Source of the DNA: an uncultured Pseudacidovorax sp.
GTDB lineage: Bacteria; Pseudomonadota; Gammaproteobacteria; Burkholderiales; Burkholderiaceae_C
Assembly (NCBI RefSeq): GCF_913773995.1
Contig: NZ_CAJYES010000033.1
Span: 17,364-81,363 of the forward strand
Direction: 5' to 3'
DNA length: 64,000 nucleotides
The notes below the pieces were generated by a model, which did no database searches, was not told where the DNA came from, and saw only the letters and a list, made by a program, of their open reading frames with translations. Of the stretch, positions 54,309-63,462 are shown piece by piece (the first letter of the stretch is position 1; each line of letters opens with the position of its first letter). The position numbers were made by a program, and so were the translations under genes.

Positions 54309-55712
54309 TCAGCGCAGCAGCGCCGTCACCGCCAGGCCCGGCTTCGCCAGCCGCAGGTCCAGCCGGCCGCCGTGGGCCTGCGCGACCAGCCGGCACAGGT
54401 ACATGCCCAGGCCCACGCCTCCGCCTCCGGCACCGCGCGCCCGCGCGCTGTCGGGGCGATAGAACGGTTCGGCCAGGCGTTCGAGCTGGTCCTCGGGCAC
54501 GCCGGGGCCGAAGTCACGCACCTCGATGCAGACGCCGTCGGGCTCATCCGGCGCCGTGGGTGCGCGGTGCAGCGACAGGCGCGGCGGCTGCGGCCCGGCG
54601 CCGTGGTGCAGCGCATTGGCCAGCAGGTTGCGCAGCAGCAGCCGCACGCGGGCCCGGTCCAGCGACAGCGCCGGCAGATCGGCAGCCGCCTCCACCTGCA
54701 CGGCCTCGGCCATCGGCAGGCCGCGCGAGACCAGCTCCTGCATCACCTCGCGCGCCAGGGCCAGCAGGTCGACCGGCTCGCGCTGCAGGGCCGCGTGCGG
54801 GCTGGACAGGCGCTCGCCTTCGAGCAGGTCGCTGATGAGGTCGCGCATCTCGTTGAGGTCGCGCAGCAGGGCCGCCCGCTCGGCAGCGCCTTCGGGCGTC
54901 TCGGGCAACAGTTCGGCATTGAGGCGGGCGCGGGTCAGCGGGGACCGCAGCTCGTGGCTCACGGCCAGGAGCAGCGCGCGCTTGGCGTCGAGCATGCGCT
55001 TGATGTCCTCGGCCACGGTGTTGATGTGCTGGGCCAGCTCCCCCAGCTCGTCGCGGCGCCGCAGCGGAATGGGCCGCGAGAAATCGCCCCGGCCAAAGCG
55101 CTCGGCGCCAGCCCGGATGTCCTCCAGCGGCCGCAGCAGCTTGTGCACCACGCCGTAGGCCAGCAGGATCAGGCCGATCACCAGCGCAACCATCACCCCG
55201 TCGAAGCCGTCGTTGGCCTGCTGCATCAGCCGCGGGCTCCAGCCGAAGGTGATGCGGTGGCCGTCGGCGGTGCGGCGCACGTACCAGGGGTCCTCGCCCG
55301 TCGCGGTCGGCACGCGCGGGGTGAGCCAGTCGCGCCGGCGATGGCGCTCGTCGTCGGGATCGGAGGCCCAGTTGACCACCGGCCCGCTGATGCGCAGCGA
55401 GATGGGCAGCCGCGCGGCCAGCTCGCGCGCCTTCTCGACGCTGGGCGGGCTGCCGATCTCGTCGACCACGCGCCCCATGTAGTCGCTGAGCAGCGGCTGG
55501 GCCACCGCGCGCCAGCCCGTGCTGCCGAAGGCCGCGCGGAGGCCGCCCAGGAAGACGGCCGTCATGGCCAGTGCGAGCACCACGAAGAGCGTCACCAGCC
55601 GCAGGCGCAGGGAATGGCTCCAGCGCTGGCGCCAGCGACGTCGGCGCTGGAGGCGGCGGGGGAGCAGCCGGTCGCAGGCGGGATCGGCCTGGGTGTCGCG
55701 CGGCGGCGTCAT
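54309..55712 (-). CDS. HAMP sensor histidine kinase
   Basis: Two transmembrane segments, RRDELGELA, VSHELRSPL, NLLAN, DFGPG and GVGLGM. Confidence 0.93.
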   Translation of the reverse strand: MTPPRDTQADPACDRLLPRRLQRRRRWRQRWSHSLRLRLVTLFVVLALAMTAVFLGGLRAAFGSTGWRAVAQPLLSDYMGRVVDEIGSPPSVEKARELAARLPISLRISGPVVNWASDPDDERHRRRDWLTPRVPTATGEDPWYVRRTADGHRITFGWSPRLMQQANDGFDGVMVALVIGLILLAYGVVHKLLRPLEDIRAGAERFGRGDFSRPIPLRRRDELGELAQHINTVAEDIKRMLDAKRALLLAVSHELRSPLTRARLNAELLPETPEGAAERAALLRDLNEMRDLISDLLEGERLSSPHAALQREPVDLLALAREVMQELVSRGLPMAEAVQVEAAADLPALSLDRARVRLLLRNLLANALHHGAGPQPPRLSLHRAPTAPDEPDGVCIEVRDFGPGVPEDQLERLAEPFYRPDSARARGAGGGGVGLGMYLCRLVAQAHGGRLDLRLAKPGLAVTALLR

Positions 55713-56515
55713 GAAGGGGCGCCAGGTCGGCGTGCCGAGGCGGCTTGTGCGCCGTTCTGCCCTTCGACGGGCTCAGGGCGAACGGGGTCGGAGGCTGGGG
55801 TGGACCTCGGCTGTTCGTCCACGCGGCCGACGGCGAGGGTGTAGCCCGCGTTGCGCAGCGTCTTGATGCAGTCCAGCGGCTCCAGCTTGCGACGCAGGCG
55901 GCTGACGACGATGTCCACCGCGCGGGTGAACAGCTCGGCCTCGTGGCCGCGCAGCCGGTTGAGGATGTCGTCGCGGCTGAAGACCTTGCCGGGCTCGGAG
56001 GCGAGCAGGGCCAGCAGTTCGAATTCGGTACCGGTCAGCTCCAGCCGCTCGCCATGGCGGACGACCTCGCGGCGGTCGAGGTCGATGGCCAGGCCGTCGA
56101 AGTCATGCCGCTGTGCGGAGGCCGGCGCCACGGCGGGCCGCACACGCTGCCGGCGCAGGATGGTCTGCACGCGCGCGACCAGCTCCCGCGGCTCGAAGGG
56201 CTTGGGCAGGTAGTCGTCGGCGCCCAGCTCCAGGCCGACCACGCGGTCCATCACGTCGCCGCGGGCGGTGAGCATGACGATGGGGATGTCGCTGTCGGCC
56301 CGGATCTGCCGGCACAGGGCGAAGCCGTCCATCTCCGGCAGCATGACGTCGAGGATGGCGGCGTCGTAGGGGTGGGCTCGCAGCTTGGCAAGTCCCTCGC
56401 TGGGCCGAAGCGCGCAGTCGAGCGTGCAGCCGAAGCGGGCGAAGTAGCTCGCGAGCGGCGGCCCGAGGTGCACGTCGTCGTCGATCAGCAGGATGCGGGG
56501 CGCGTCGGTGGACAT
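55709..56515 (-). CDS. OmpR-family response regulator with an extended C-terminus
   Basis: ILLIDDD, ILDVMLP, GADDYLPKPFEPREL and RAVDIVVSRLRRKL. Confidence 0.93.
   Translation of the reverse strand: MSTDAPRILLIDDDVHLGPPLASYFARFGCTLDCALRPSEGLAKLRAHPYDAAILDVMLPEMDGFALCRQIRADSDIPIVMLTARGDVMDRVVGLELGADDYLPKPFEPRELVARVQTILRRQRVRPAVAPASAQRHDFDGLAIDLDRREVVRHGERLELTGTEFELLALLASEPGKVFSRDDILNRLRGHEAELFTRAVDIVVSRLRRKLEPLDCIKTLRNAGYTLAVGRVDEQPRSTPASDPVRPEPVEGQNGAQAASARRPGAPS
55760..55785. repeat. Single arm of the REP-like palindrome, inside the response regulator tail
   Basis: CCCTTCGACGGGCTCAGGGCGAACGG closely matches the right arm at 7159-7216 and 10871-10895. Confidence 0.85.
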
Positions 56516-56576
56516 GGCGGAATTGTGCCCAGGGGCGTGGCGCGCAGCCCCGCTGCGGGCGTTGCGCTGGCGCCCA

Positions 56577-57170
56577 TCACCAGGGGTCGCGGGGGCCAAG
56601 ACGGCCCAGATGCGTGTGGCCGAACGCACGGCCGTACTTGAGCCCGTAGCCGAGCATCCGGTCGAGGCCGATGTGCGCCAGCCAGATCGCCGCCAACGGC
56701 CAGAACAGCGGCGCCTGGGCGGGCAGTGCCAGGCCGGCCGCCGCCAGCAGCACCGGGCCGATGAGGCTGTGGGCCGCGTTGTAGGCGCGCGCACCGAGGG
56801 CCGGGCCGGCCAGGTAGCCCAGCATCGCCAGGTCGGGCAGCAGCAGGAGCGCGGCAAAGCGACCCCACTGGGCGGGCGCCAGCTGGGCATAGGCGAGCAT
56901 GGCGAAGACCAGCAGCGCAGCGCCCTCGGCACGCAGCAGCAGGCGCACGCCGCCTTGCACCGCGCCGGCCTGCGCAGGCGGCGCGGGCCGATGCCATGAG
57001 CCGCTGCGGCCGGCCATCGCATCGTGCCCATCGACGACACAAGCACCTGCACCCACCGCGGCGCCCGCGCCGACACGCAGCGCCGAGCCCGCCCGTTCAC
57101 CCGAGCTAAGAGGATGGCCGGCTTCCGCCGAGGGCCAGTCCGTCTTGCGGGGCAGCAATGCCTCAGCCAT
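56577..57170 (-). CDS. DUF4260-family membrane protein (start uncertain)
   Basis: LLRAEG, LPDLAMLGYLAG, YNAAHS, HIGLDRMLGYGLKY and HTHLG. Confidence 0.8.
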   Translation of the reverse strand: MAEALLPRKTDWPSAEAGHPLSSGERAGSALRVGAGAAVGAGACVVDGHDAMAGRSGSWHRPAPPAQAGAVQGGVRLLLRAEGAALLVFAMLAYAQLAPAQWGRFAALLLLPDLAMLGYLAGPALGARAYNAAHSLIGPVLLAAAGLALPAQAPLFWPLAAIWLAHIGLDRMLGYGLKYGRAFGHTHLGRLGPRDPW

Positions 57171-57633
57171 GGCGTGACCAGCGGCCGCCCCGCCGCTCGA
57201 TGAAGTCGCGCACCTGCTGTTGTTGGGCCGGGCGCAGGTGGTCGTAGAAGTCGGCCAGCGCGGCGATCACCTCGGGGCTGCCGCTGCGCACCGCGGCGGT
57301 CTTCTCCTCGACGAGGCGCGTCGCCGCCGCCTGGTCGAAGGTGGGGCCGGCGAACAGCGCGCGCCAGGGCGCACGCGGGTCGGTGGCGTCGCCGCGCATG
57401 GCCTGGCGCTGGCTCTGCAGTTTGGCCGCCAGGGTGTCGAGGCGCTGGCGCTGATCGGCGTCCAGGTCCAGCTTGCGGCCGATGCGCTCGACCATGTGGG
57501 CGCGCATGGCGCCGCTGTCGGTCCCGGCCTCGTGCCAGCCGTGTCGGCCGGCGCAGGCGGTGAGCGAACCCAGCAGCAGCGTGCCGCCGAGGAGGGCCAG
57601 CAGGCCCCGGGCGATGCGAGGACGGAACTTCAT
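57163..57633 (-). CDS. Spy/CpxP-family periplasmic lipoprotein
   Basis: Lipobox LTAC; KLDLDADQRQRL and FYDHLRPAQQQQV (LTXXQ-like repeats). Confidence 0.8.
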   Translation of the reverse strand: MKFRPRIARGLLALLGGTLLLGSLTACAGRHGWHEAGTDSGAMRAHMVERIGRKLDLDADQRQRLDTLAAKLQSQRQAMRGDATDPRAPWRALFAGPTFDQAAATRLVEEKTAAVRSGSPEVIAALADFYDHLRPAQQQQVRDFIERRGGRWSRHG

Positions 57634-57676
57634 GATGAGGGCTCCTGGAGTGGCTCGGACAGGTGCGGCAGGGCGC

Positions 57677-58039
57677 TCAGAGGCGCGAACCGGCGGCCGA
57701 TTGGGCGCGCACGTCGACCGGGTTGGGCAGCGTGGAGATCACGGTGCTGTTCACGCGCGAGCCCGAGCTCACGTTCTGGTCCGGCGCGGCGGCGGTGCGG
57801 ATGGCCTCGGCCACCACGCGGGCACGCGGCTGCGAGACGGCCACGGTTTCGGGGCCGCGCGAGCCGCGGGTGACGTTCTGGTCGGGGGCGGCAGCCGTGG
57901 CGCGCGCCTCGGCGCGGACGGCGTCGCGGCTCATCGCGGAGACGGGCGCGGTCACGCCCTCGTAGGTTTCGGCATGGGCCGCCGTGCCCAGCAGGGCGAA
58001 GGCAGAGACGGCGAGGAAGGCAGCGCGGACGTTGGTCAT
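57677..58039 (-). CDS. Small secreted protein with two internal repeats (DUF4148-like)
   Basis: Signal peptide AHA-E; repeats TAAAPDQNVTRGSR and TAAAPDQNVSSGSR. Confidence 0.65.
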   Translation of the reverse strand: MTNVRAAFLAVSAFALLGTAAHAETYEGVTAPVSAMSRDAVRAEARATAAAPDQNVTRGSRGPETVAVSQPRARVVAEAIRTAAAPDQNVSSGSRVNSTVISTLPNPVDVRAQSAAGSRL

Positions 58040-58140
58040 GAGAGGTCTTTCGAAGAGGTTGTTGAAAGAGCCTTCATGGTGCCGGGCGGTCCGCGCCCGG
58101 TCTTTTCACGGCCGTCGCGCCGTGTTTCGTTTCTTTTCTT

Positions 58141-59922
58141 TCAGCGGCCCAGCAGCTCGGCGGGATCGTCGCTGTCGACCACCTGGCGCGCCCAGTGGGC
58201 CAGCTTGCCGGCATCGGCGCGCAGCACCTCCTGCTTGACGGTCAGGATCTGCGAGGGATGCATCGAGAAGCTGCGCAGGCCCAGGCCCAGCAGCAAGCGC
58301 GTGAACTGCACGTCGCCCGCCATCTCGCCGCACACGCTCACGCCCTTGCCCAGGCGGCGCGCCTCGGCGATGGTCTGCGCCACCAGGCGCAGCACCGCCG
58401 GGTGGCAGGCGTCGTAGAGATGCGCCACGCTTTCGTCGGCCCGGTCGATGGCCAGCGTGTACTGGATCAGGTCGTTGGTGCCGATGGACAGGAAGTCGAA
58501 GTGCTTCAGGAAGATCGACAGCGACAGCGCCGCCGCCGGCACCTCGATCATGGCGCCCAGGCGCACCGGGCCGGCCTCGTCGCCGCGCGCCTTGAGCTCG
58601 GCACGGGCCTTGTCGATGAAGACCAGCGTCTGCCGGATCTCGCTGGCATGGGCCAGCATGGGGATCAGCAGGTTCACCGGCCCATGGGCCGCGGCGCGCA
58701 GGATGGCGCGCAACTGCGCCAGGAACATGGCCGGCTCCGACAGGCTCCAGCGGATGGCACGCAGGCCCAGCGCCGGGTTGAGGTATTCCTGCCGGGCGGC
58801 CTTGCCGTCCAGCGGCTTGTCGGCGCCGATGTCGACGGTGCGGATGGTGACGGGCATGCCCTGCATGCCCTCGACCGCGCGCCGGTAGGCCTCGTACTGC
58901 TCTTCCTCGTCGGGCAGACGGCTGAGGTGGCGCGCCTCGCGGCCCATGAAAAGGAACTCGCTGCGAAACAGGCCCACGCCCTGCGCACCGGCCTTGACGG
59001 CGGCGGCGGCGTCCTCGGGCATCTCGATATTGGCGAGCAGTTCGATGCGCTCGCCGTCGAGCGTCACCGCCGGGCGATGGCGCAGCCGCCACAGCCGCTC
59101 GCGCTCCAGCTCGCCCTGGCGCTGCTTGAAGCCGTATTCGGCCAGGATGATGGGCGAAGGGTCGACGATCACCACGCCGGCGTCGCCGTCGATGATGACC
59201 CAGTCGTCCTGCCGCACCAGCTGGCTGGCCACGCGCGCGCCCACCACGGCCGGGATGTCCATGCTGCGCGCCACGATGGCCGTGTGCGAGGTGCGCCCCC
59301 CGACGTCGGTGACGAAGCCGGCGAACACGCTCTTCTTGAACTGCACCATGTCGGCCGGCGACAGGTCGTGCGCGATGAGCACCAGCGGGGCGTCGAAGCC
59401 GTCGGCCTCGTCGTCGCCGGCGATCGGTGTCTTGCGCGGCGGCGGCGGCGGCGGGGCCAGCACGGCGGCCGTGCCCTTCATCTGGCGCAGGATGCGCTCG
59501 ACCACCTGCTCGAGGTCGGCCTTGCGCTCGCGCAGGTACTCGTCCTCCATCTCGTCGAACTGGCGCGCCACGACCTCGAGCTGGCTGGTGAGCGCCCATT
59601 CGGCGTTGTAGAGCCGGTCGACGATCCAGTGGCGCACGCCCTCGGACAGGGCCTCGTCCTGCAGCAGCATGAGGTGCACTTCGAGCAGGCCCGCCAGCTC
59701 GTGCGGCGCCTCGTCGCGCTTCATCTGTGACACGCTGGCGCGCAGGCGCTCCAGCTCTTCGGCCACCGCGTCGCGTGCCGCTCGCACGCGATCGAGTTCC
59801 GTCTCGATTTCCTGCGGCTGGATGAAGTAGTGCGCCACATCCAGCCGGCTCGACACCACCAGCACCGCCCGCCCGATGGCAATGCCCCGGGCGACGTTGA
59901 GACCGTGGATGGAGATGGTCAT
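58141..59922 (-). CDS. ptsI: PEP-protein phosphotransferase (PTS enzyme I)
   Basis: GGRTSHTAIVAR (phospho-His), GLFRSEF, SIGTNDLIQY and VCGEMAG. Confidence 0.97.
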   Translation of the reverse strand: MTISIHGLNVARGIAIGRAVLVVSSRLDVAHYFIQPQEIETELDRVRAARDAVAEELERLRASVSQMKRDEAPHELAGLLEVHLMLLQDEALSEGVRHWIVDRLYNAEWALTSQLEVVARQFDEMEDEYLRERKADLEQVVERILRQMKGTAAVLAPPPPPPRKTPIAGDDEADGFDAPLVLIAHDLSPADMVQFKKSVFAGFVTDVGGRTSHTAIVARSMDIPAVVGARVASQLVRQDDWVIIDGDAGVVIVDPSPIILAEYGFKQRQGELERERLWRLRHRPAVTLDGERIELLANIEMPEDAAAAVKAGAQGVGLFRSEFLFMGREARHLSRLPDEEEQYEAYRRAVEGMQGMPVTIRTVDIGADKPLDGKAARQEYLNPALGLRAIRWSLSEPAMFLAQLRAILRAAAHGPVNLLIPMLAHASEIRQTLVFIDKARAELKARGDEAGPVRLGAMIEVPAAALSLSIFLKHFDFLSIGTNDLIQYTLAIDRADESVAHLYDACHPAVLRLVAQTIAEARRLGKGVSVCGEMAGDVQFTRLLLGLGLRSFSMHPSQILTVKQEVLRADAGKLAHWARQVVDSDDPAELLGR

Positions 59923-60001
59923 GGCTGCGGCAAGCCCCTTTGGGAGGCCGCCTTACCCGCCACGGAGCAGCGCGAGCAGCCTGGGGGCATCGGCCGCGCG
60001 C

Positions 60002-60080
60002 TGGGCCGCCCCAAGCGCGGCCAGCCCCCTCGGGGGGTGGCGTTACACGCCGCGCAGCGGCGTGATAAGCCTGGGGGCCA
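60002..60080. repeat. Palindromic intergenic element (second repeat family) between ptsH and ptsI
   Basis: GGGCCGCCCCAAG..GCCCCCTCGGGGGG..CACGCCGC-GCA-GCGGCGTG..GCCTGGGGGC. Internal hairpins are seen directly; family membership is recalled from Comamonadaceae genomes. Confidence 0.5.
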
Positions 60081-60085
60081 CATCC

Positions 60086-60355
60086 TCACTCGCCCTCGCC
60101 GAACTTGTCGTTCATCAGGGCGACGATGGCGTTCATCGCCTCCTGCTCCTGCGGCCCATCGGTCTCCAGCTCAACCGTGGCCCCCAGCCCCGCGGCCAGC
60201 ATCATCACGCCCATGATGCTCTTGGCATTGACGCGTCGCTCGCCGCGCGCGATCCACACCTCGCACGGAAAGCTGCCCGCCAGCTTGGTGAGCTTGGCGG
60301 AGGCGCGCGCATGAAGGCCCAGCTTATTGCTGATGGTCACGGATGTCTTGATCAC
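60086..60355 (-). CDS. ptsH: Phosphocarrier protein HPr
   Basis: GLHARAS (His15) and NAKSIMG (Ser46); GTG start. Confidence 0.96.
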   Translation of the reverse strand: MIKTSVTISNKLGLHARASAKLTKLAGSFPCEVWIARGERRVNAKSIMGVMMLAAGLGATVELETDGPQEQEAMNAIVALMNDKFGEGE

Positions 60356-60785
60356 TGTATTTACGTCTCACCTGGTTGAGGGGGGCGGCCACGGCCACCT
60401 GCATGACGCCGGCCGTGCCGCCGGCGATGGCCCGCTGCACCTGCGCGTCGAGCGGCTCGTGACGGTAGGTCACGGCCCGCAGCAGCATGGGCAGGTTCAC
60501 GCCTGCCACCAGCCGCGAGCGCACGCCGTCCACCAGCTGCTGCGCCACGTTGCAGGGCGTGGCGCCGAACACGTCGGCCAGCACCAGCACATTCGAGCGC
60601 GAACCACCCCGGTGGAACTGCTGCTCCAGCAGGATGCGTGCCGCGCCCAGCGACTCCTCGGGCGACACATTGGGTTGGACGTCGAGCGCGGCCAGTGCGC
60701 CTTCGCAATCGGGGAAGACGTGCAGGGCGCACTGGCGCAAGGCATGAGCCAGGGGCGCGTGGGCGACGATGAGGATGCTGTTCAT
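60324..60785 (-). CDS. PTS EIIA component, mannose family
   Basis: ILIVAHAPLA, VLADVFGATPCN and GVNLPMLL. Confidence 0.92.
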   Translation of the reverse strand: MNSILIVAHAPLAHALRQCALHVFPDCEGALAALDVQPNVSPEESLGAARILLEQQFHRGGSRSNVLVLADVFGATPCNVAQQLVDGVRSRLVAGVNLPMLLRAVTYRHEPLDAQVQRAIAGGTAGVMQVAVAAPLNQVRRKYSDQDIRDHQQ

Positions 60786-60868
60786 GCAGGCGGCAGGCGG
60801 CGAGGGCATCGATTATGGGCCGAGGGCCCGGGGCACCGGCATGGCGGTTGCCCGGCGGTCCGTGCGCG

Positions 60869-61411
60869 TCAGCGCAGGCGCAGGCCTTCCCAGAAGGTCT
60901 CCAGCGCCTGCGGGTCCGAAGGACGTCCGAGCACGGTCGCCTGGTAGAGGGTGTAGCGGCCGGCAGCATCCACCTGGGCGAACCAGCGCATGTGGGAGTG
61001 CGGCGGTCCGGCGGCACCGGTCTCACCTTCGGCGACGAGGTCGATGGCCGGTGGGATCTCGGCGGCGCGTGGCACACGGGTGGGCGATTCCTGCACCTGG
61101 CCGCGTGCGCGCCAGGGCGCCCGGGCGGCCGTGCGCCAGGCCTCCAGGCGACGTAGCGCTTCGGCAGGGGAGCTGCCGCCGTCCATCCGCGCCACGGCGA
61201 AGGTGGCGTCTCCAGCGGCGCAGCCGGCCATGTCCAGACCCACGGCCTGACCCGCCAGGTCGACGTCGCGCTGGGCGCGGTCCGGCTTGCAAGGCAGCAG
61301 CACCAGCAGGCCGTCGCCCAGCGGCACGTCACGCCAGTTGAACACCGGATTGCAGGCGGCCAGCAATGCCAGCGCAGCCATGTACACGGAACTAGAATTC
61401 CGACGCCTCAT
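60869..61411 (-). CDS. Conserved hypothetical lipoprotein
   Basis: Lipobox LAAC-NPVFNWR; LLPCKP and YQATVLG..ETF. Start is 61411 or 61381. Confidence 0.65.
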   Translation of the reverse strand: MRRRNSSSVYMAALALLAACNPVFNWRDVPLGDGLLVLLPCKPDRAQRDVDLAGQAVGLDMAGCAAGDATFAVARMDGGSSPAEALRRLEAWRTAARAPWRARGQVQESPTRVPRAAEIPPAIDLVAEGETGAAGPPHSHMRWFAQVDAAGRYTLYQATVLGRPSDPQALETFWEGLRLR

Positions 61412-61508
61412 CGAAGGATGCCCCCATGAAAACCGCTTTCCCTGCCGATCGCCGCGCGAGGTCCATGACCCGCCTTGAGGCCTTGTCGATGCGAGGAGCA
61501 GCCTGACC

Positions 61509-62006
61509 ATGAAAAAAGCACTGTATGCGCTCGCGCTGGCGGCCGTGGCGGCGGTGGGCACCGCGGTCTACCTTCAGGCCGGTACCAGCCCGGCACCCAG
61601 CTCCAAGTTCGTGTTGCTGGACGGCTCCACCCAGTCGACGGCCGATTTCAAGGGCAAGGTGACGCTGGTCAACTTCTGGGCCACGAGCTGCACCACCTGC
61701 GTGGCCGAGATGCCCCGCGTCATCGCCACCTACGAGAAGTACAAGGGCCAAGGCTATGACACCGTCGCCGTGGCCATGGACTACGACCCGCCGAGCTACG
61801 TGGTGAACTTCGCGCAGACGCGCAACCTGCCCTTCAAGGTGGCCATAGACAACACTGGCGCCATCGCGCAGGCCTGGGGCGACGTCAAACTCACGCCCAC
61901 CACCTATCTGGTCAACAAGCGCGGCGAGATCGTCAAACGCTATGTGGGTGAACCCGACTTCGCCGAGTTGCACCAGCTGATCGAGAAGCTGCTGGCACAG
62001 GCCTGA
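61509..62006 (+). CDS. TlpA/ResA-like thioredoxin-fold disulfide reductase
   Basis: LVNFWATSCTTCVAEMP and TPTTYLVNK. Confidence 0.93.
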   Translation: MKKALYALALAAVAAVGTAVYLQAGTSPAPSSKFVLLDGSTQSTADFKGKVTLVNFWATSCTTCVAEMPRVIATYEKYKGQGYDTVAVAMDYDPPSYVVNFAQTRNLPFKVAIDNTGAIAQAWGDVKLTPTTYLVNKRGEIVKRYVGEPDFAELHQLIEKLLAQA

Positions 62007-62028
62007 AGGCGTAGCAGCGTCCAAGAAC

Positions 62029-62054
62029 AAAGGCGTCCCGAGAGACGCCTTTTT
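62029..62054. terminator. Bidirectional Rho-independent terminator between the tlpA-like and cytochrome c' genes
   Basis: AAAGGCGTC-CCGAGA-GACGCCTTTTT. Confidence 0.8.
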
Positions 62055-62137
62055 GCTGTCCGCACGAAGTCACGAGACGCAACGGCGGCAGACGGCGGTG
62101 CGGAGTCCGGCGACACGCGCCGGCCCCGGCGCCGCGC

Positions 62138-62581
62138 TCACTCGCGGAAGGAATCGTGGCAGGCCTTGCACGAGGCACCTGCCGGCCCGATGGCGGCCTT
62201 GATCGCGTCCAGATTGCCCGTCTTGGCGGCGGCGGCCAGCTTGGCCACTTCGCCTTCGGCCTTGCTGGCTGCGGCCTTGAACTTGTCTTGCTCCTTCCAG
62301 ATGGCAGGGCTGGCCTTGCCACCTTCGGTGCCGGGACCGAAGCCGGCCCAGGGGAGCTTGATCAGCTCGGCGGCGCGCGCCGCGCTGGCCTCGGCCACCT
62401 TGGCGTCGAAGTCGGCGCGGCCGCTGGCCATGTCGGCCACGCGCTTGAAGTTCTGCTGCATTTCCTTCAGCGTGGCCTGGCGGTACTTGATGGCGTCCTG
62501 CGGTGTCGCAAAGGTGGGCTGGGCCGCCGCAGCGGTGGCCAGAAGGGCCAGCACGGCCGCGGAAAGGAGAGATCGAATCAT
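62138..62581 (-). CDS. Cytochrome c' (class II four-helix cytochrome c)
   Basis: Signal peptide, AIKYRQ, IWKEQDKF and C-terminal CKACH. Confidence 0.93.
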   Translation of the reverse strand: MIRSLLSAAVLALLATAAAAQPTFATPQDAIKYRQATLKEMQQNFKRVADMASGRADFDAKVAEASAARAAELIKLPWAGFGPGTEGGKASPAIWKEQDKFKAAASKAEGEVAKLAAAAKTGNLDAIKAAIGPAGASCKACHDSFRE

Positions 62582-62767
62582 CGAAGGGTCCTTGTTGTAG
62601 GGTGGCCGCCGCGGCCGGTGCCTGGCGGTGCGCGCGAGTTTAGGGCCCGACTCGCAGGGCGCGGATGAATGGCCATCGGGCATGCGGCATATCCGGTTGG
62701 CGGATCGCTTTTGTTAATCTGGCGGGCCTTCGGCCGATCCGGCCGCGGCGCTCCAACTCCCCGATCC

Positions 62768-63460
62768 ATGGCTTCCACTGCTGCACCTGCCGTTTCCGTC
62801 ACCCGCGTCCGCGTGTGGGATCTGCCCACCCGGCTGTTCCACTGGGCGCTGGCCTTCTGCGTGGTCGCGTTGGTGGTGACGGCCAAGACCGGTGCCATGG
62901 ACTGGCACTTCCGCCTGGGCTACACAACGCTGGCCCTGTTGCTGTTCCGCCTCCTCTGGGGCTTCGCCGGTGGCTACTGGTCGCGCTTTGCGTCCTTTCT
63001 CCGAGGGCCGGTCGCAGTGATGGCCTATGTTCGCGGCCGCGCAACTGAGCACGAGCGCATTGGACACAACCCGCTGGGCTCGCTGTCGGTGCTCGGCATG
63101 CTGCTGGTGCTGCTCCTGCAGGTATTCACCGGACTGATGAGCGATGACGCCATCAGCTTCACCGGCCCCCTGGCGTCGCGCGTGCCGGGCGCTTGGTCCG
63201 CTTGGGCCACCGACTGGCACAAGGACGCGGGGCAATGGCTGGTGATTGCGCTGGTCGCCTTGCATGTGTTGGCCCTGGTGTTCTACGCGGTGGTGAAGCG
63301 GGAGCGACTCGTGCCCGCCATGGTGACCGGAGACAAGGCGCTGGCGGTGGCGCAGGGCGTGCCTCAGAGCCGCGACGACGCCGCGCGGCGCCTGCTGGGG
63401 CTGGTGCTCTTCGCGCTGTGCGCCGCAGTGGCCGCCTGGGTGTCGAGGCTGCAGGGCTGA
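62768..63460 (+). CDS. Cytochrome b/b6-domain membrane protein
   Basis: VWDLPTRLFHW, WHFRLG, GHNPLG, WH..G and HV..MVTG. Confidence 0.9.
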   Translation: MASTAAPAVSVTRVRVWDLPTRLFHWALAFCVVALVVTAKTGAMDWHFRLGYTTLALLLFRLLWGFAGGYWSRFASFLRGPVAVMAYVRGRATEHERIGHNPLGSLSVLGMLLVLLLQVFTGLMSDDAISFTGPLASRVPGAWSAWATDWHKDAGQWLVIALVALHVLALVFYAVVKRERLVPAMVTGDKALAVAQGVPQSRDDAARRLLGLVLFALCAAVAAWVSRLQG

Positions 63461-63462
63461 GC

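Noticed and set aside
58141-60785. PTS genes without an EIIB/EIIC permease as a novel system
   Set aside because: An incomplete EIIA(Man)-HPr-EI regulatory PTS is well known in betaproteobacteria, and the catalytic residues are canonical.
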